From the human T2T-CHM13v2.0 reference genome, Homo sapiens: DNA of 64,000 nucleotides. The notes under the pieces are model-generated. The model had not been told where the DNA came from. It was given only the letters and a program-made list of their open reading frames with translations, and did not search any database. Every line of letters starts with the position of its first letter. Within the stretch, counting starts at the first letter, position 1. The translations under genes were made by a program, and so were the position numbers. The stretch lies in the NCBI RefSeq assembly GCF_009914755.1, contig NC_060936.1; one strand, written 5' to 3'. Shown in pieces: positions 43,167 to 62,321 of this stretch.

Positions 43167-44092
43167 AACATTTCTTTTTTAAAGTGCGCAAGCTCTTTGG
43201 CCAATATGTCCCTGTGGATCACTGTAATAAGATACCCAGAGCAACTGTTTCCACCATGGAGTTGGGAGGAGATTAAGACACACTCTTTGTACTTTGGATG
43301 CTCTTATCAGGATCAGGGGAGGTCCCTGCACTCTGATTTTCTCTCTCCTAAATGCGCAAAGAACAGAGATTTTTATCATGAATAATTTTAAGAGAAAGTA
43401 AAAATTCCATAATGTTCAGGGACATGCAGGTTTTCTATTGATCATGTTTCTTCTTGACATTTTTAGGCCCTGGCCGGCCGCAAATGAGTAATCTCCATCA
43501 TCATCATTGTGTTCCTTTGTGTTTTAACCTTTCCTGATTCCATTCTCTCTATCTTTCATTTTGAAGAATAGACACCAGAAAATCCTATCCCTACCAAATG
43601 CAAAAAAAAAAAAAAAATTATAAATAGTAACATTTACAAGTCACATTTTTGAATATATGTTTTAATTAGAAAATAACAATTCTAAACTTTCAGAGGAAAT
43701 GATAGTAATATAAAACAGAGGACATTTTTATAATAAGGAACTCTTATATTCTTAATATTTTGCAAATTATTATTCTCTCATCACCAAATAGTGTTAAAGT
43801 AATATATAACCAATACAATAAGTTTAGTTTTAAAAAACACAAAATTACAAAACAATTAATACAATATTTGAAATCATGATGCATATTGCCAGCCTCCCTT
43901 CAGGTAAAGTTCTATTAACTCTACAAAAACTTTATAAATGGCAGATGATACCTTTCCAGATAGTTTTGTGGTAATCAAAAAAGAATTGATTAGCAATTTT
44001 TATATCACATTGAGACAAAACATTATTTGTGATAAATATCATTATTGTTATGTATTTAAAACAGCTCATGTATTAAGAAATCATACTTTAGA

Positions 44093-48605
<4,513 letters not shown>

Positions 48606-48870
48606 CTTTACATAAATGCATAAAGTCTAGTATAGCTAATATATCACAATGAAATGTCAACTATAATCCCAGCTCAAAGAGAACACCATAAAATTATGAA
48701 GACCTTTCCATAAATCTCTAAATTTATGTCCTCATAAGATTATATTTCTATTTCTTCTTAAATAATTTCCTTATTTTAGCTATGATTTAGTGATAGTAAG
48801 ATGGTAATTATGAGGAGAAAATTCTAACACTCCATTGAGAATATTCTGCCTCATTTCACCACACACCTGA

Positions 48871-49194
<324 letters not shown>

Positions 49195-49790
49195 TAAGCA
49201 GTCACTTCTAATGCAGCTAAATAATATATACTCACCCAGCTGAGTCTATGAATTGAATCCATGTATGTGACATAAGGCCCCAAGGAGTGGTAATAAGCTG
49301 GGAATGCCATCAGCTCATCTTTCTTCAGGCCTGTATTTGTCATTGTCACTTGTAGAAGCAGGACAGCCCTGGCATTGGGATTGTTAGAAACAGAGAGTAT
49401 CAAAGGGAAAACTGAACTCCCCTAATTTTTGGAAAACAGCAGATTGGAAAGAGATGGGCTCCAACGTTTTCCATGTATGAGGCCGTTGTACCAGGTAGCC
49501 TTGCTCAGGACCACATTTCTTGTCAGCAAAACAGAAGTCAAACAGTATTTCTACTTTCCAAGAGAATAGAACATAATGTCAGATTTTCTCATGGATTCCC
49601 ACCAGTTCAAGAAAGTTTCATGGCTTTCATTTCTTTCTTTTTCAGTGGTCTCAGGGTCACCTAGAAATATAAGCTACTTTGTTGGAATTTGGAAGATACC
49701 TCATGACCCAAAATTACTTAAAAGATGTGTTTTTTCTCCCTGGGAACAGAGCCCCAAGTCAAGGCATCTGGCATGGGAAGCAGAATGTAG

Positions 49791-50257
<467 letters not shown>

Positions 50258-50864
50258 CATCCCATCCCTTTTTCTTATCTACTGTCTCTAGTCATGGGGA
50301 TATTTTATTTCACAAACTAGAATGCCCACTTCTTGGCAACAGACACATTTTTTGCTTTGTGACACCTACCAACCAAACCTGAAATATAACTTCAAACTTA
50401 ATCCTGATTATAACTGCCACATTTATGATTTTTTTAAATTAAAAAAACACGATGTTATAATGGTAGCTTTTCTTCCCATAAACCTATATATCTTAGCACA
50501 GAGCACCAGCTCAGCCTGTTTGGGTTTGGCATGGTATGTTCCCATGCGTTGTCTTTGATTCTATAACAAAAAAGTCTTCCAATTGGCCTCATTTAGGACA
50601 CCATCACCCTCAGACTTCTACTCTCTGCAAATACAATTCTGCCTGAACTCTCTGACTGGATCCATTCTATCATTAGCTGCCATAACTACAACCTCAATAC
50701 TCAATCTTTGTTGTTTCTTAGCTCTTTATTTGTTCATTTAATTGCCTTATTTGAAGTTTCTCTATTTCTTCTTTTTAAATGTTCCTTGGTCAGTGCTCAC
50801 AGAAAAAAAAAATAAAACTGTCGACTAAGAATCCTACACCTAGCACATCTATGTATCAAAAATT

Positions 50865-51130
50865 GAGGATTGCTTGAGTTCAGGAGTTCAAGACAGACCT
50901 GGGCAACATAATGAGGCCTTATCTCTGCTAAAAATAAAAAATATATATATTAGCCAGGTGTGGTGGTGTGCACCTATAGTCTCTCAGCTACTTGGGAGGC
51001 TGAGGTGAGAGAATTGCTTGAGCTCAGGAGATCTAGGCTACAGCAAGCTATGATTGTGCCACTGAACTCCAGCCTGAATGAGAGTGAGGTCCTGTCTCAA
51101 ACAAACAAAACACCACCACCACCACCACCA
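50865..51130 (+). mobile_element. AluJ, 5'-truncated, with (CCA)n tail
   Basis: gaggattgcttgagttcaggag..gctatgattgtgccactg; the tail ends caccaccaccacc. Confidence 0.85.
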
Positions 51131-52167
51131 ATACAGAACCTTAGGGAATCTAACAAAAATGTACTTTTGGTCAATTTTTGCTATTTTAAATTCCTGATTT
51201 TTCCTTACATTCTAATTCAAAGGGAAATGAAAGCACTGGTGAGACCCAGGCTGGAGGGGCCTTCCCTAGGCTTATGGTATGTTACCTCTGGGCAACCCCT
51301 ACAAAATCTCCAGATACATCTGGGGTGAAGAATAAGCCAATGTCAGCATCTCAGAAAAGGTTTGCACTTTAGGTCTTCCTGAAGCAAGAGCCTAAGAGCG
51401 TTGAGATCTAGCAGGAGCATATTGTGTCCTCTTAGGCATTTCCCACCAAGTGACCTGGATACAAGGCTGTCTCTAGGATGTGGGTGCTTGGTTACCAGAG
51501 TTCTATGTTCTGTTGGGGTCTGTCACCAAGGAAGTAAGATCACTTTTTCAAAGTTTCATCCTCTGGACTCCTTGCTTTCTTCCATAAAACCCATCCAAAG
51601 GCCCTGCTGGGCTACTGACAGCTCACTATCCCTGCATGTCAACTCTTTACCTGTGAACAATTATGCAAGCACAGCCCTCCTCAGTTCCCTGAAGACCTGA
51701 ATGAAGCCAGGGTCTCAGGTGTGAGGTCATAGATCGGAGTAAGAACCAACTTTTTCTTATTAGTTTTGTGACACTAGAAAAGTTATTGTGGGTTTTGGGG
51801 CCTTTCGACCTGTACAGTGGGTAACATGCCAGCATCTCCTTTTTTAGGGTATCTCCTTCCTCATCAGGTATGTATGAGATAAAACTTGTAAAACTCATGG
51901 TGTGGCATCCCATGTAGATAATGCACACACTTAGAGATAAAAGAATTATAAGAAGGAATGGGAGGTAGCATAGAATACAACTCAAACAGGCCTGTGTCCA
52001 GCAATGTGATATTGAAAAGTCGCTTCCCCTCTCAGCCTCATTTTTCATTCTGCACCAGTAAGAGTTTGAGGTGAAATGAAATTCAGATGCTGTCATTTTC
52101 TGACATTATTCCTTAGAGTGACTTCTCATTATATTCAGAATCAGACCCATGTCCTTCATTTTGGCCT

Positions 52168-53146
52168 ATGTGGTGGGCAGACTACAGGAAGGCTCACAAC
52201 ACTCAGGGGTCTGTGGCTCACGTCTGACAAATGGAATGCAATAAACATGATGGGATAACACTTCTTAGGTCAGACTGTTATAGCAAAGATAGACTGAGCC
52301 ACTTATCAACAACAGAATGTTCTTTCTCACAATTCTAGAGGACATAAGTTGAAGGTCAGAATGCCAGCATGGTTGAGCTCTGGTGAGAACTCTCTCTTCT
52401 GACTTTCAGACTGTAGACTTTACATTGCATTTTTACCTGACAGATAGTGGAGAAGGGAGCTCTCTGGGTTTTTTTGTTTTTTGTTTTAATAGAGCCAGTA
52501 ATCCCGTTCCTGAGGGTTTCACCTTCAGGACCTAATTACCTCCCACTTCCTAGTACTGTTACAATGGGGGCTAGGATTTCAATGTACACAGTTTTTGGTG
52601 GGGAAATGTTCAGTCTATTGCAACTCTCATTATGTCATTATCAAACAAGCTTTCATTTTCTCCTAGTCACTTTCTTCTGTGTTTCCTCCCTCAATCTCTC
52701 TCTCGATTTCTCTCTTCTCTACTTACTATGTCCAGTGTTTTCTCCCTCAGTTTCTGCCTATGTCTTTCTCTCTCTGTCAATATGTATCTCTCTTCCTGTC
52801 TTTCTACTGCATTCCTAAAGTTCAGAAAGCAAGCTCCAGTGTTATGAACTGCCCTATGCAGCAGCCTACACAACAGAGAATGAGGGAGTGCCCAGGCACT
52901 GGGAGACACTCAGACTCTCAGTCTACACTGAATCTGGCCAATACCCACAATGAGTGTGCTTGGAAGTCAATCCTCTCACAGCCCAGCTTCAGCTGAGAAC
53001 ACAGCCCCAGCCTCATGGAGCCCCATGTGCAGGGAGCCAGTGAAGCTGATTGCAGATTCAGGGCCACATAAACCATGAGATAGTAAGCATTTGTTGTTAA
53101 AGGTGCTAAGTTTGGGGACAATGTTGTCAGAGAGAAGCAGATCACT
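52168..53146 (+). mobile_element. MaLR LTR (MLT1E/F-like) interrupted by MLT1A and a CT-rich tract
   Basis: Starts tgtggtgggcag; 3' part ..aactgccctatg..ccatgagatagtaagcatttgttgttaaag..ctaagtttgggg. Confidence 0.6.
52276..52623 (-). mobile_element. MLT1A/MLT1A0 LTR
   Basis: acaacagaatg..tctcacaattctagagg..gccagcatggttgagctctggtgag..cctaattacctccc..ggatttcaa..ttcagtctattgca. Confidence 0.7.
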
Positions 53147-53199
53147 TTATTCTTCTTCCAGGCCCCAGAGTCCTCCTCCCATCTCCTTTTCTAGCTCCC

Positions 53200-53608
53200 T
53201 CTAGATCCACCAGCCTCTTTCTCACATCCTCTGCCAAAGTCACTTCTGCCTGCATGTCTCTGCACCAGGAGTGGCATCTCCCTGACACACTGTTCCCAGA
53301 CTTGTGCAGGGCTGGCCCTCTGTTGTCACCCTGTTCAAGGCATAAATGTCACCTCAGTGAGGCATTTGGGTCCCTGGAATGCTATGGCCCTCTGCCCTCC
53401 TTCCCAACATCCTACTTTATTTTAATTACAGCATTTACTCTTCTTTTACATGTACTTGCTTTAGTGTTTTCATCCATATATCCTCAGACTGTTGTCTCCT
53501 TGAGTGGGGGAAAAGGCCACTCAATCATTTCTCAGCCTCATGCTGGGCCCACCAGGGCACTTGGCATAGGTTTAGTTCTGTGGCAGAGTTGCTGAGTGAA
53601 TAAATGAG
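53200..53608 (+). mobile_element. L2 3' fragment
   Basis: aaatgtcacctcagtgaggc..cttggcatag..tgctgagtgaataaatga resembles an L2 3' terminus. Confidence 0.55.
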
Positions 53609-55369
53609 GAAATGTCTATCCTCCTTGTCTGCTTCTGATCACCTCATGATCTTTCTTTTAATAAACAATAATTATAGTTTATATTAAAACATAAATGGCA
53701 AAATAATTATAATTTCTGAAGTTTCCTATTTGTGATAGCTTTTATTATATAATCATCCCTATGAAGACTTTACATTTTATAACTTTTACATAATTTGATT
53801 TTTAATGAAAAACTGTTTAACTCTGAGTTCTGACAATAAATTTTATAGTCTATTTCCAAATTCTTCTATAGATTAATAATTTGTTTTTATGAATGATTTT
53901 GACCTTGATATTTATTTTGGAAAGAGGAATTCTACAAGTTTTCTACCAGGTCAGGCCAATCACATTTTGTCATCCAGGATTTAGTATTTGGTGTTCCAAT
54001 TAACAGGTGTACAAGATGATATGTCAAGTAACTGTGGGCCATATGTGCCCTAAATAATTCTAAATTATTTGATGAATATTTGATTTTCTTTAGTTTTTAA
54101 AAATTGTTAATTATAACTTGTTAGTTCATGTACAACTCTGAACTCATGCAATAAATTTAAATTCTGCAGCTGCTTACATATCTGGCTCATGGTAAAGGTG
54201 GATCTTTAGATGAAACAAACAATTTGGGAATTTATGACAGTTGGGAAAATAATTTCAGAACAAGCAGCAAGAAGGAGAAGTCAATGGTGGGGCAAAAGAA
54301 GAGAGATCAGAATCATAAGGGGCCGGAGGGAGAGCTGCATGCCAGGAGGCAACCGAAGGACTAGGAGGGGAAGGATTTACTAAAAAATGTCTCTAGTTTT
54401 TGTTGCTTCTGATTGTAAATTTTTTCATCTTTAGCCTCTTTAGCCACATAATATTTTAGTGGAGAAATGTTTAATTCAGAATTATATGTAGAGTTTTCTG
54501 CCTACCAAGTAAAAATACTGCCCATTGGACCTGAGAAATTTTTGTTTTCCTAAAGTGCCTCTCAAAGGAACAATGTTTCTCCAGTCAACATTCATTAATG
54601 TGGCCATTAAAGGCTCAAATAATCCTTGATGAAGAATGCTATTCAGATAAATAAGTGTAAGAATTGTAATTAAAGTGTATAGAAGTACCAATAGTTTTAT
54701 CCTAAAATGAAGAGTGTTTAGAGTACAGTTTGTGTATAATCCTGTGCACCTAATATCTCAGCCCTAATGCAATGGTTGGCCATATCATAAAGCAGAAAAA
54801 AGCCTATGACCCTAGTGGGTATAAAACCAGAGAAAACATGCTCTATGGATTAAAGATGTTTTTTAACATGAAAAAAGTGAAAGGAGAATGTAACCAGTTT
54901 CACAGTAACTGACAGCAACGTTTATCCAAATTGATGCTGATCGAGGGAAAACCACTAACTGTCCCCTCTGTGAGGTTGGCTGAAACAATAGGCACAAAAG
55001 TCCTATGCCTATGGTCTACCCTGCTTGTTCTTATAAAAATATAACTTTAGGCATTGTAACACATAACAATAACACAAGGATAGCACAATGGGATGAAGAT
55101 GGCCTGATTCTACCAAGAATGTCAATGAAATGGGGTCTACAAAGTCTAGGTACCAAACTGAGAATAAATAGCTGCAGAACTCCATAGAAAGAGAACAGAG
55201 TTCAGCTCCTGTGCTGACTTACCTCATCATCATGCACTTGACAAGTCAGGAAAAGCAAGGTAAAGGCACCTTCATGGGTGGTGCACATAGTCAAGGCTGT
55301 CACCTATGGCAGTGAGTAGTGCAGAATATATTTCAGTGGAATCTTCATGTGACCATGAAAATTAGAAGA

Positions 55370-55677
55370 CCACCTGAGGTAAGTGCCCTATTCAACTGTA
55401 CCATTTTTAAATCTTTTATAACAATTTTACTGTGCCTTTTCTGTTTATGTACACAAATGCTGACCACTGTGTTACAATTGCCTGCAGTATTCAGCATGGT
55501 AACATGCAGTACTGGTTTGTAGTTTAGGAGCAATAGGCTGTACCATATAGTCTAGGTCTGTGATAGGCTATACCACCTAGGTTTGTGTGAGTACATTCTA
55601 TGAAGTTCACACAACAATCATATTACACAATGGTGCATTTCTCAAGATATATCCCCATTATTAAAAATGCATGATTA
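55370..55677 (+). mobile_element. Tigger3/MER7 DNA-transposon fragment
   Basis: ..ggagcaataggctgtaccatatagtctagg..gtacattctatgaagttcacacaac..gcatttctcaagatatatccccatt..gcatgat resembles a Tigger3 end. Confidence 0.75.
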
Positions 55678-55704
55678 TTTAAAAAATATAATGGATGTTG
55701 AGAG

Positions 55705-56190
55705 AGTAAAATTGCTATCTACTTTTTCATACCATGTAACCCCAAAACTTTGTGGCATGAAATCACAATATTTATTACCTAATCGAGTTTCTGAAAATGA
55801 GAAATTCAAGAACAATTTATCATGGTGGTTGTGCCTCAGGACATCTCATGTGGTTACAGTCAGATTTCAATTGGGGCTGTCATCCAAGGCTTGACCAAAA
55901 CTAGAAGATCCACTTTCAAGTTTGCTAACATTCACGGCCTGCAAATTGGTGGGATTTGTAATTGAAGGCCTTGGTTTTCTCCACATGGATATTTTTGTAG
56001 GGCTGCTTGACTGTTCTCACCAAATAGCGGCTGGTTTCTTCCAGAGTGAGTGGCTTAGGAAAAAGCAACGCATTAGTGGCAAAATCTTTTATGATCTAGA
56101 CTCAGAAGTCACACGTGGTCACTTCCATTACATTCTATTCACCAGAAAGGATTTTTAAGCTTGACATACCTTCAAGAAGAAGAGAATTAA
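55705..56190 (-). mobile_element. Old MaLR LTR (MLT1F-H-like)
   Basis: ccccaaaactttgtggcatgaaa..aggcttgacc..gaagatccactttcaag..ctcagaagtcacac..tcacttccattacattctatt. Confidence 0.6.
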
Positions 56191-56196
56191 GGTCTA

Positions 56197-57437
56197 TGAA
56201 AGGACTTCAGTAAGTTTGTGAAAAAATGAAAGTAAAACACAAAAATAAAATATATAAACTTTATTTCTCAACATAAGCTTCATCAAGTTCAAGACACTTT
56301 TATAAGCAATAATACCAGCCTTTAGTCTATCCCTACAAAAAGTAAGGTCCTGGGAATTTAACCATGTCAAGAAAGTCTTTTCTACATTATTAATAGAAGA
56401 AAAATGGGTATCCTTTAAAGTTTTTTAAAATCTGAAAAGAAAAAGAAGTTAGAAGGAGCCAAATCAGGGCTAAGAGGTGGATGCTTAATAATTTTCCATG
56501 GAAACTCAGGCAAAATTGTCTTTTTTTAAGTGAGAGGAATGATGAGGAACACTGTTGTGGTGAAGAATTCTCTGGTGAAATTTTCTGGAAATTTTTCTTC
56601 TAAAGCTTTGGCTAACTTTCTCAAAATACTCCATAATAGCATGCGTTATTGGGGTTTTTGTTGGTTTGTTTTGGCCCTCTAGAAAGCCAGCAGGAAAAAC
56701 GCCTTGAGCATCCTAAGACACTGTTGCTATGAGCTTTGTTCTAGACCAGTCACCTTTTGCTGAGACTGGACCACTTTTACCTCTTGGTAGCCATTGCTTT
56801 AATTGTGTTTTGTCTTGAAAATTTCACTGGAACAGCTGTGTTTGACTTCCTCACACAATTATTTGAAGAAATGCTTCAGGATCCTGATTACACTTATGTA
56901 CAATTTCAGTTGAAAGCTCTGCTCTTGTCTGCAGCTGATCTAGGAACAAGAGTTTAACAAATTGAGATGGCTGTTGTGTTGACTGTTGTTTATACTGTTG
57001 TCATTCCTAAAGCAGGGCATGAACAAGATTAATTTCTTTTCTGGTGAATTAACATGAAATGTCTGCCACTGCAGGCTTTATCTCCAACACCTTATCATCC
57101 CTTCTTAAAATGTGTTATTCATTTGTATGCTTGTGAATGTTGGGGGGCATTGTCCTCATAAGTTATTATAAAGAATCAGTGATTTTACCATTCTTTCACC
57201 CCAAATTGCGAAAAATTTGACTTTTATTCTTGCTTTAATTTTAGCAGAATTCATTTTGCTCTAATAGGATCTCTTTTCAAAGTGGTGTCTTAGTTTCCTT
57301 ATTATAATTCCTCAAATTAGATCCTGTTCAGACATGTTATAACAAAGTTAGTACAAATTAATTGCAAAATATTTTTGAAATCTATGCATAGTTTCTTCAT
57401 AATATGCATTTCCCATGAACTTTTTGAAGATCCTTCA
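56197..57437 (-). mobile_element. Hsmar2 mariner, full length, decayed
   Basis: TIRs tgaaaggacttcagtaagtttgtgaaaaaatg and catttcccatgaactttttgaagatccttca; TA TSDs at 56195-56196 and 57438-57439. The minus strand encodes HPPLSPDLAPSNFF (YSPDL motif) near 56440-56485. Confidence 0.88.
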
Positions 57438-57941
57438 TACTTTTTGAAGAGTGTCAAGTAAATTTTGAAGACATTTTTAAACTATTACAAGAAAATTATC
57501 TATAGAACTGAATTTCAGATTTATCAAGTTTGTGACAGGTATAATAACCAATGGAAATACCAGATGGGCAGCTTAGCTATTGAAATAGAATTAAATGATT
57601 ATAGAGGTGTTCAGTAAAGACTTGCAGGCATTGAAAAAAGAATTTAAAAATTTAGAAATAAAATAACAGGATTATATATACCATTTAAGAGGAGAGATAT
57701 CAGGAAAAAAAGAACAGGGAGAAGGACCAATAATAGCACATGTTATGTAAAATTTAAGGATAGTGAAGCCATTGCTGTTCTAGCACTGACATTTCTTTGT
57801 CAATAGTATCACTGAAACTCCTGCTCCCATTTCCAAAATCCTGTCTTTGTGAAGCAGGCTTTTTTTTTTTTTTTTTGCAGTGACAGCAATCAGAGCACGA
57901 TTATGAAGTAGACTGGACATAAGCACCACATTTTGGGTGTC

Positions 57942-58184
57942 ACTGTCTCCCATCACCCCCTAATGGAACTGTCTAGTTGCAGGAAAACAAGCTCAGCGCT
58001 CCCACTGATTCTACATTATGGTGAGTTGTATAATTATTTCATTATATATTACAATGCAATACAATAAAGTATGAAATAAATGTAATATACTTGAATCATT
58101 CTGAAATCATTCCCCTGCCCAGTCCATGGATAAGTTGTCTTCCATGAAACTAGTCCCTGGTGCTGAAAAGATTGGGGACTGTTG
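57942..58184 (+). mobile_element. MER1A (hAT-Charlie) fragment
   Basis: cactgtctcccatcaccccc..ctagttgcaggaaaacaagctcag..gtcttccatgaaactagtccctggtgctgaaaagattggggactg. Confidence 0.8.
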
Positions 58185-58559
58185 CAATACAGAAAGAAAA
58201 ATATAAAGAGAAGAAAACACAAAATCTATAACACCTTTAATAATATATGCACCGATGCTGTACAGAATACACTAATTACATTCATTTAAGTATCAACAAA
58301 TACCTACAAACCAATACAAATGCCTAGAATTGTTTTAGGAGAACAGTGAATGAAAGAGCAAGAGAGAAAGATAGCAAATTAAAAATACACATGTATGATT
58401 ATTAAAGCAAGACCCCATCTCTATAAAAAAAATCTACACATGCATGTCAAGTTGTAATGAGTACTAAGAACAAAAATGAAGAATGAGAGAAAAAGAGAGA
58501 GATAAGTTAATTCATGTAGAATGATCAAGGAAGTTTTTCTGCAATTACAATGGTTACCA

Positions 58560-58910
58560 TCGCAGGTTTTAGAGTCAGTCAGATGCCAGTTTTAATCCTG
58601 GCTTTGCGTCTTATAGCTGGGTGTCCCGTGGACAATTTATTCCATTTTTAAATCTCAGTTTTCTAATTTCTAATTTCTAAATGTTTATTATTAGAAATAA
58701 AAGCACATGAAGAAACAAACATACATGAAAAATCAAGCACAGAAAAATGATGAGACTGTATAATGAATCAAGAATAATGGTTATAAAAATGGAGACAATA
58801 AAACTGACAAACTTATTAGATGATTCTGAATGTTAGGAGATAAATGTACATAAAGAATTTAGCATGTCATGTGGCATATAGTTAGCTCATGGTAACTACA
58901 ATTATTATCC
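58560..58910 (+). mobile_element. MIR fragments
   Basis: ttttagagtcagtcag..ttaatcctggct..tctcagttttct, and later ataaaaatggagacaat..gagataaatgtacataaag..ggcatatagt. Confidence 0.55.
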
Positions 58911-59699
58911 TCATATTACTAAGGGAAAATATGTATCATACTTGGGCTATGAGACATACTTTTTCAAATTATGCAAACACATAATTAAAGATTCAATTTT
59001 ATGTTAAATAGTTCTACCTTTAATATTTTTAAAAGAGATTCCTTGAAAACATATGTCAAAAATCTATGTAATGCTTTCTACTTCTTCACCAAAGTTTAGA
59101 GAAAATTAACAATCGAACTCTTAAAATGTAGTTATATTAAATAAACTATTTAAAGCAAGTATAAGCACAACAGCTTTAACTTCTTAAAAACTGCTTAAGC
59201 ATTTCAACTAAAAAATCATTTGTCTTTCAAATACACAGGAATCTGTTTAGAAAATTTTTAACTAGAAAAAGTTGGAATTCTAAAGTAAAAAGTGCTTAAG
59301 GCCATAAAACTTTTTTACAACTTTTAACTTAGATGTCAAGTGGGGGAAAAAACCATTCTCTGAAGTTTGCTTTTATACCATTAAAGACTTATTTTTTATT
59401 ACCAGCAATACAGAGTGACTCATTCAGGTTGAAGCTTGAAGGTAAACTTTAACTTAATTTTGAGTTTTCACTAATTTTTAAGGATTTCTCAGTCACCTAC
59501 CATAATTTCATCTCAGAAACCAAGACCTCAATTTCATATAGACATTTGCAATATTAAAACAGAAGGTTAAATGCTTCAAAACAATATTCATGTAAAGGCT
59601 TGCATATGTGGACCAGGAATCTCCATGTATTACAAATTTATGAGAATATAACAAATGTTGATACACACATTTAATTCTGAAATAAAAATTTACAACAAA

Positions 59700-61832
59700 T
59701 AAAATTGTAACAAATCAAGAGAATTCTGTAGGTTACACCTTTTATGTCTAAAAATATAGGTATTAAACACTCAGGGATGGATAAAAGAAGAAATCACAAG
59801 AGAAAACAGGAAATATCTAGAGACAAATGAAAAATATGAAATACCAAAAAAGAGATACATCAAAAAAGTACCATAAGAGAAAAATTTATAGCTACAAATG
59901 ATTATAAAAAGATATCAAATCAACAACTTAACTTTATACCTAATGAACTAAAAACAGAGGTAAAAAGAGGGAACAACTAAAAGCTAGCAAAATAAAAAAA
60001 TGATAAAGATAGCAGTGGAAATAAGTGAAATAGAGAATAGAAAAACAATATCAAAAAATCAACAAAACCGAGTTTCTGCTCTGAAAAATTTCAACAAAAC
60101 TTCCAAACCTTTAACTAGATTGCCTAAGAAAAAAAAAGAATACTCAAATTACAAAACTCAAAAATAAAATGGGTACATTACTACCAAATTTTTGGAGTAA
60201 AAAAAGAATGTAAGAGACTACCATAAGAAACTGTACACTTAAAAATTGAATAATCTAAATAAAATGAACAAATTCCTAGAAACAAAAAACCTACTAAGAC
60301 TGAATCAGAAAAGTTGAATAAACCTATTCAGCAAGGAGATTCAGCAAGAAGATTGCATCGGTAATCAAAAACCCAGCAACAAAGAAAAGCCTGGACCAGA
60401 TGGTTTCACTGTTGAATTCTACTCAACGTTTAAAGCACAATTAACACCAGTTTTTCTCAAACTTTTTCAAAACGTTGAAGAGGGGGTGACATTTTCTAAC
60501 TTATTCTATGAGGCTACTTATTACCCTGACACCAAGCCAGACAAAGACAGCATAAGAAAACTACAAACAAACATTCCTTACAAATGCTGATAGAAAAATC
60601 CTCAACAAAATATCAGCAATTCAAATTTAGCAGTACATTAAAAGGATTGAATGAGTACACTATGAATGAGTATAATTGACTCCTGAAATAAAAGTGTGTT
60701 CCAAAACATGATAATCAGTGTAATATCACATTAACATAAAGAAGGAAAAAACCCTCATGTAATCATTTTAATCAAAGCATTTGTCAAAATTTAACCCACA
60801 TTCGTAACATAGAATCTGGCAATAATTTCTTGGATATGACAGTGAAGGCACAGACAACAACCACCACAAAAATACGTAAAAAGAACTTCATCAAAGTGAA
60901 AAGCTTTTATGTATCTGAAGATACAATCAATAGATTGAAAACACAATTCATGGAGGGGGAGAAAATATTCACGTTATATATTTGATAAGTAATTAATATA
61001 CAGGCTATATAAAGACCTCAGCAACAACAACAAAACACTCAAATTTAAACATGAGCAAAGGTTTTAAAATACACATTTTTTTAAAGAAGATATACAAATG
61101 ACCAGTAAGCACAGTATAAGGTGCTCAGCATCACTATCATGAGAAAAATGTAAATCCAAACCACAATGCAATACCAACTGACACATGTAAGTATAGCTAC
61201 CATCAAAAAAACCACCACCAGCAAACCAAAACAAACAACAAGACCCCAGAAAACAGCAAATGCTGGATGTGGAGAAGTCAGGACTCTTGCACACTGCTGG
61301 TGGGAAAGTAAGATGGCACAGCCACTGTGGAAAACAGTAATCACCATATGATCCAGTAAGTCCACATCTGGGTATATACCCAAAAAAACTGAAAGTGGGA
61401 ATTTGCACACCCATGTTTATAGCAGCATTCACAATAGCCAAAGGGTAGAAGAAGCCCAAAAGTCCATCTACAGATGAATGGATAAGCAAATATGATGTAT
61501 ACACACAATGATATATTATTCAGCCTTAAAAACAAATTCTAATACATGCTACAACATAAACCTCGAAAAGGTTAAAAAAAAATTCATATACTCTATGCTT
61601 TCCACTTTTATAACGTACCTAGAGCTGTTAAATTCATAGACATAAAGTAGGATGTGGATCCAGGGGATGGCAGGAAGGGAAATGGGGAGCTATTGTTCCG
61701 TGGATACAGAGTTTCACTTTGGGATGATAAAACAGGTTTGGAATTGGATAGTGGTGATAGTTGCACAACAATGTATTTGTACTTAATATACTTAAATTTT
61801 CTGTTACACATATTTTACCACAGTAAAAAAAT
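59700..61832 (+). mobile_element. L1MB-like degenerate element with internal deletions
   Basis: ORF2-like pieces (cctggaccagatggtttcactgttgaattctac) and an L1MB 3'UTR (acagagtttcactttgggatgataaaa..tagtggtgatagttgcacaacaatgt..ttttaccaca). Confidence 0.75.
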
Positions 61833-61929
61833 TAGCAAATATTTAAAAATCTATGTGTTTCTTTGAACTATTTACATCCCTTGTCCATTTTTCAATTTGG
61901 CTGCTCATCTTTTAATAATTTAGGAGATA

Positions 61930-62013
61930 TATATATATATATATATCATTTATAATATAAATAAATGATATATATATATCATTTATATTATAAATGATAT
62001 ATATATATATATA
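61930..62013. repeat. AT-rich near-perfect palindrome
   Basis: 61930-61962 is the reverse complement of 61981-62013. The centre gatatatatatatc is self-complementary, with a 4-nt bulge at 61963-61966. Confidence 0.92.
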
Positions 62014-62162
62014 AAACCCAAATTAGCTTTTTGTCTGTCATGTATGTTGCAGATCTATTTCCCCAATCTGTTGACTTTTGACTTTGAGACATTTTTCTCT
62101 CATAGAAAGTTTTAATTTTTATGGAGTCAAATTCATTAGTCTTCTATTCAAAGACTTCTTTG

Positions 62163-62321
62163 TGGGTATAGTGTTTCACTTTAGGATGATAAAGAAGTTG
62201 TAGATATGGATAAAGGAGATGATTTTACAAAACTGTGAATATACTGGATGCCACTGAACTGTACATTTAAACACGGTTAAAATGTTAAGTTTTATGTTAT
62301 ATATATTTTACCACCAAAAAA
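62163..62321 (+). mobile_element. Second L1MB/MC 3'-end fragment
   Basis: gggtatagtgtttcactttaggatgataaag..ccactgaactgtacatttaaa..ttttaccaccaaaaaa. Confidence 0.7.

Noticed and set aside
59340-59520. Possible minus-strand terminal exon with AATAAA or processed-pseudogene 3'UTR
   Set aside because: No poly(A), TSD or identifiable parent gene; AATAAA is common in AT-rich DNA.
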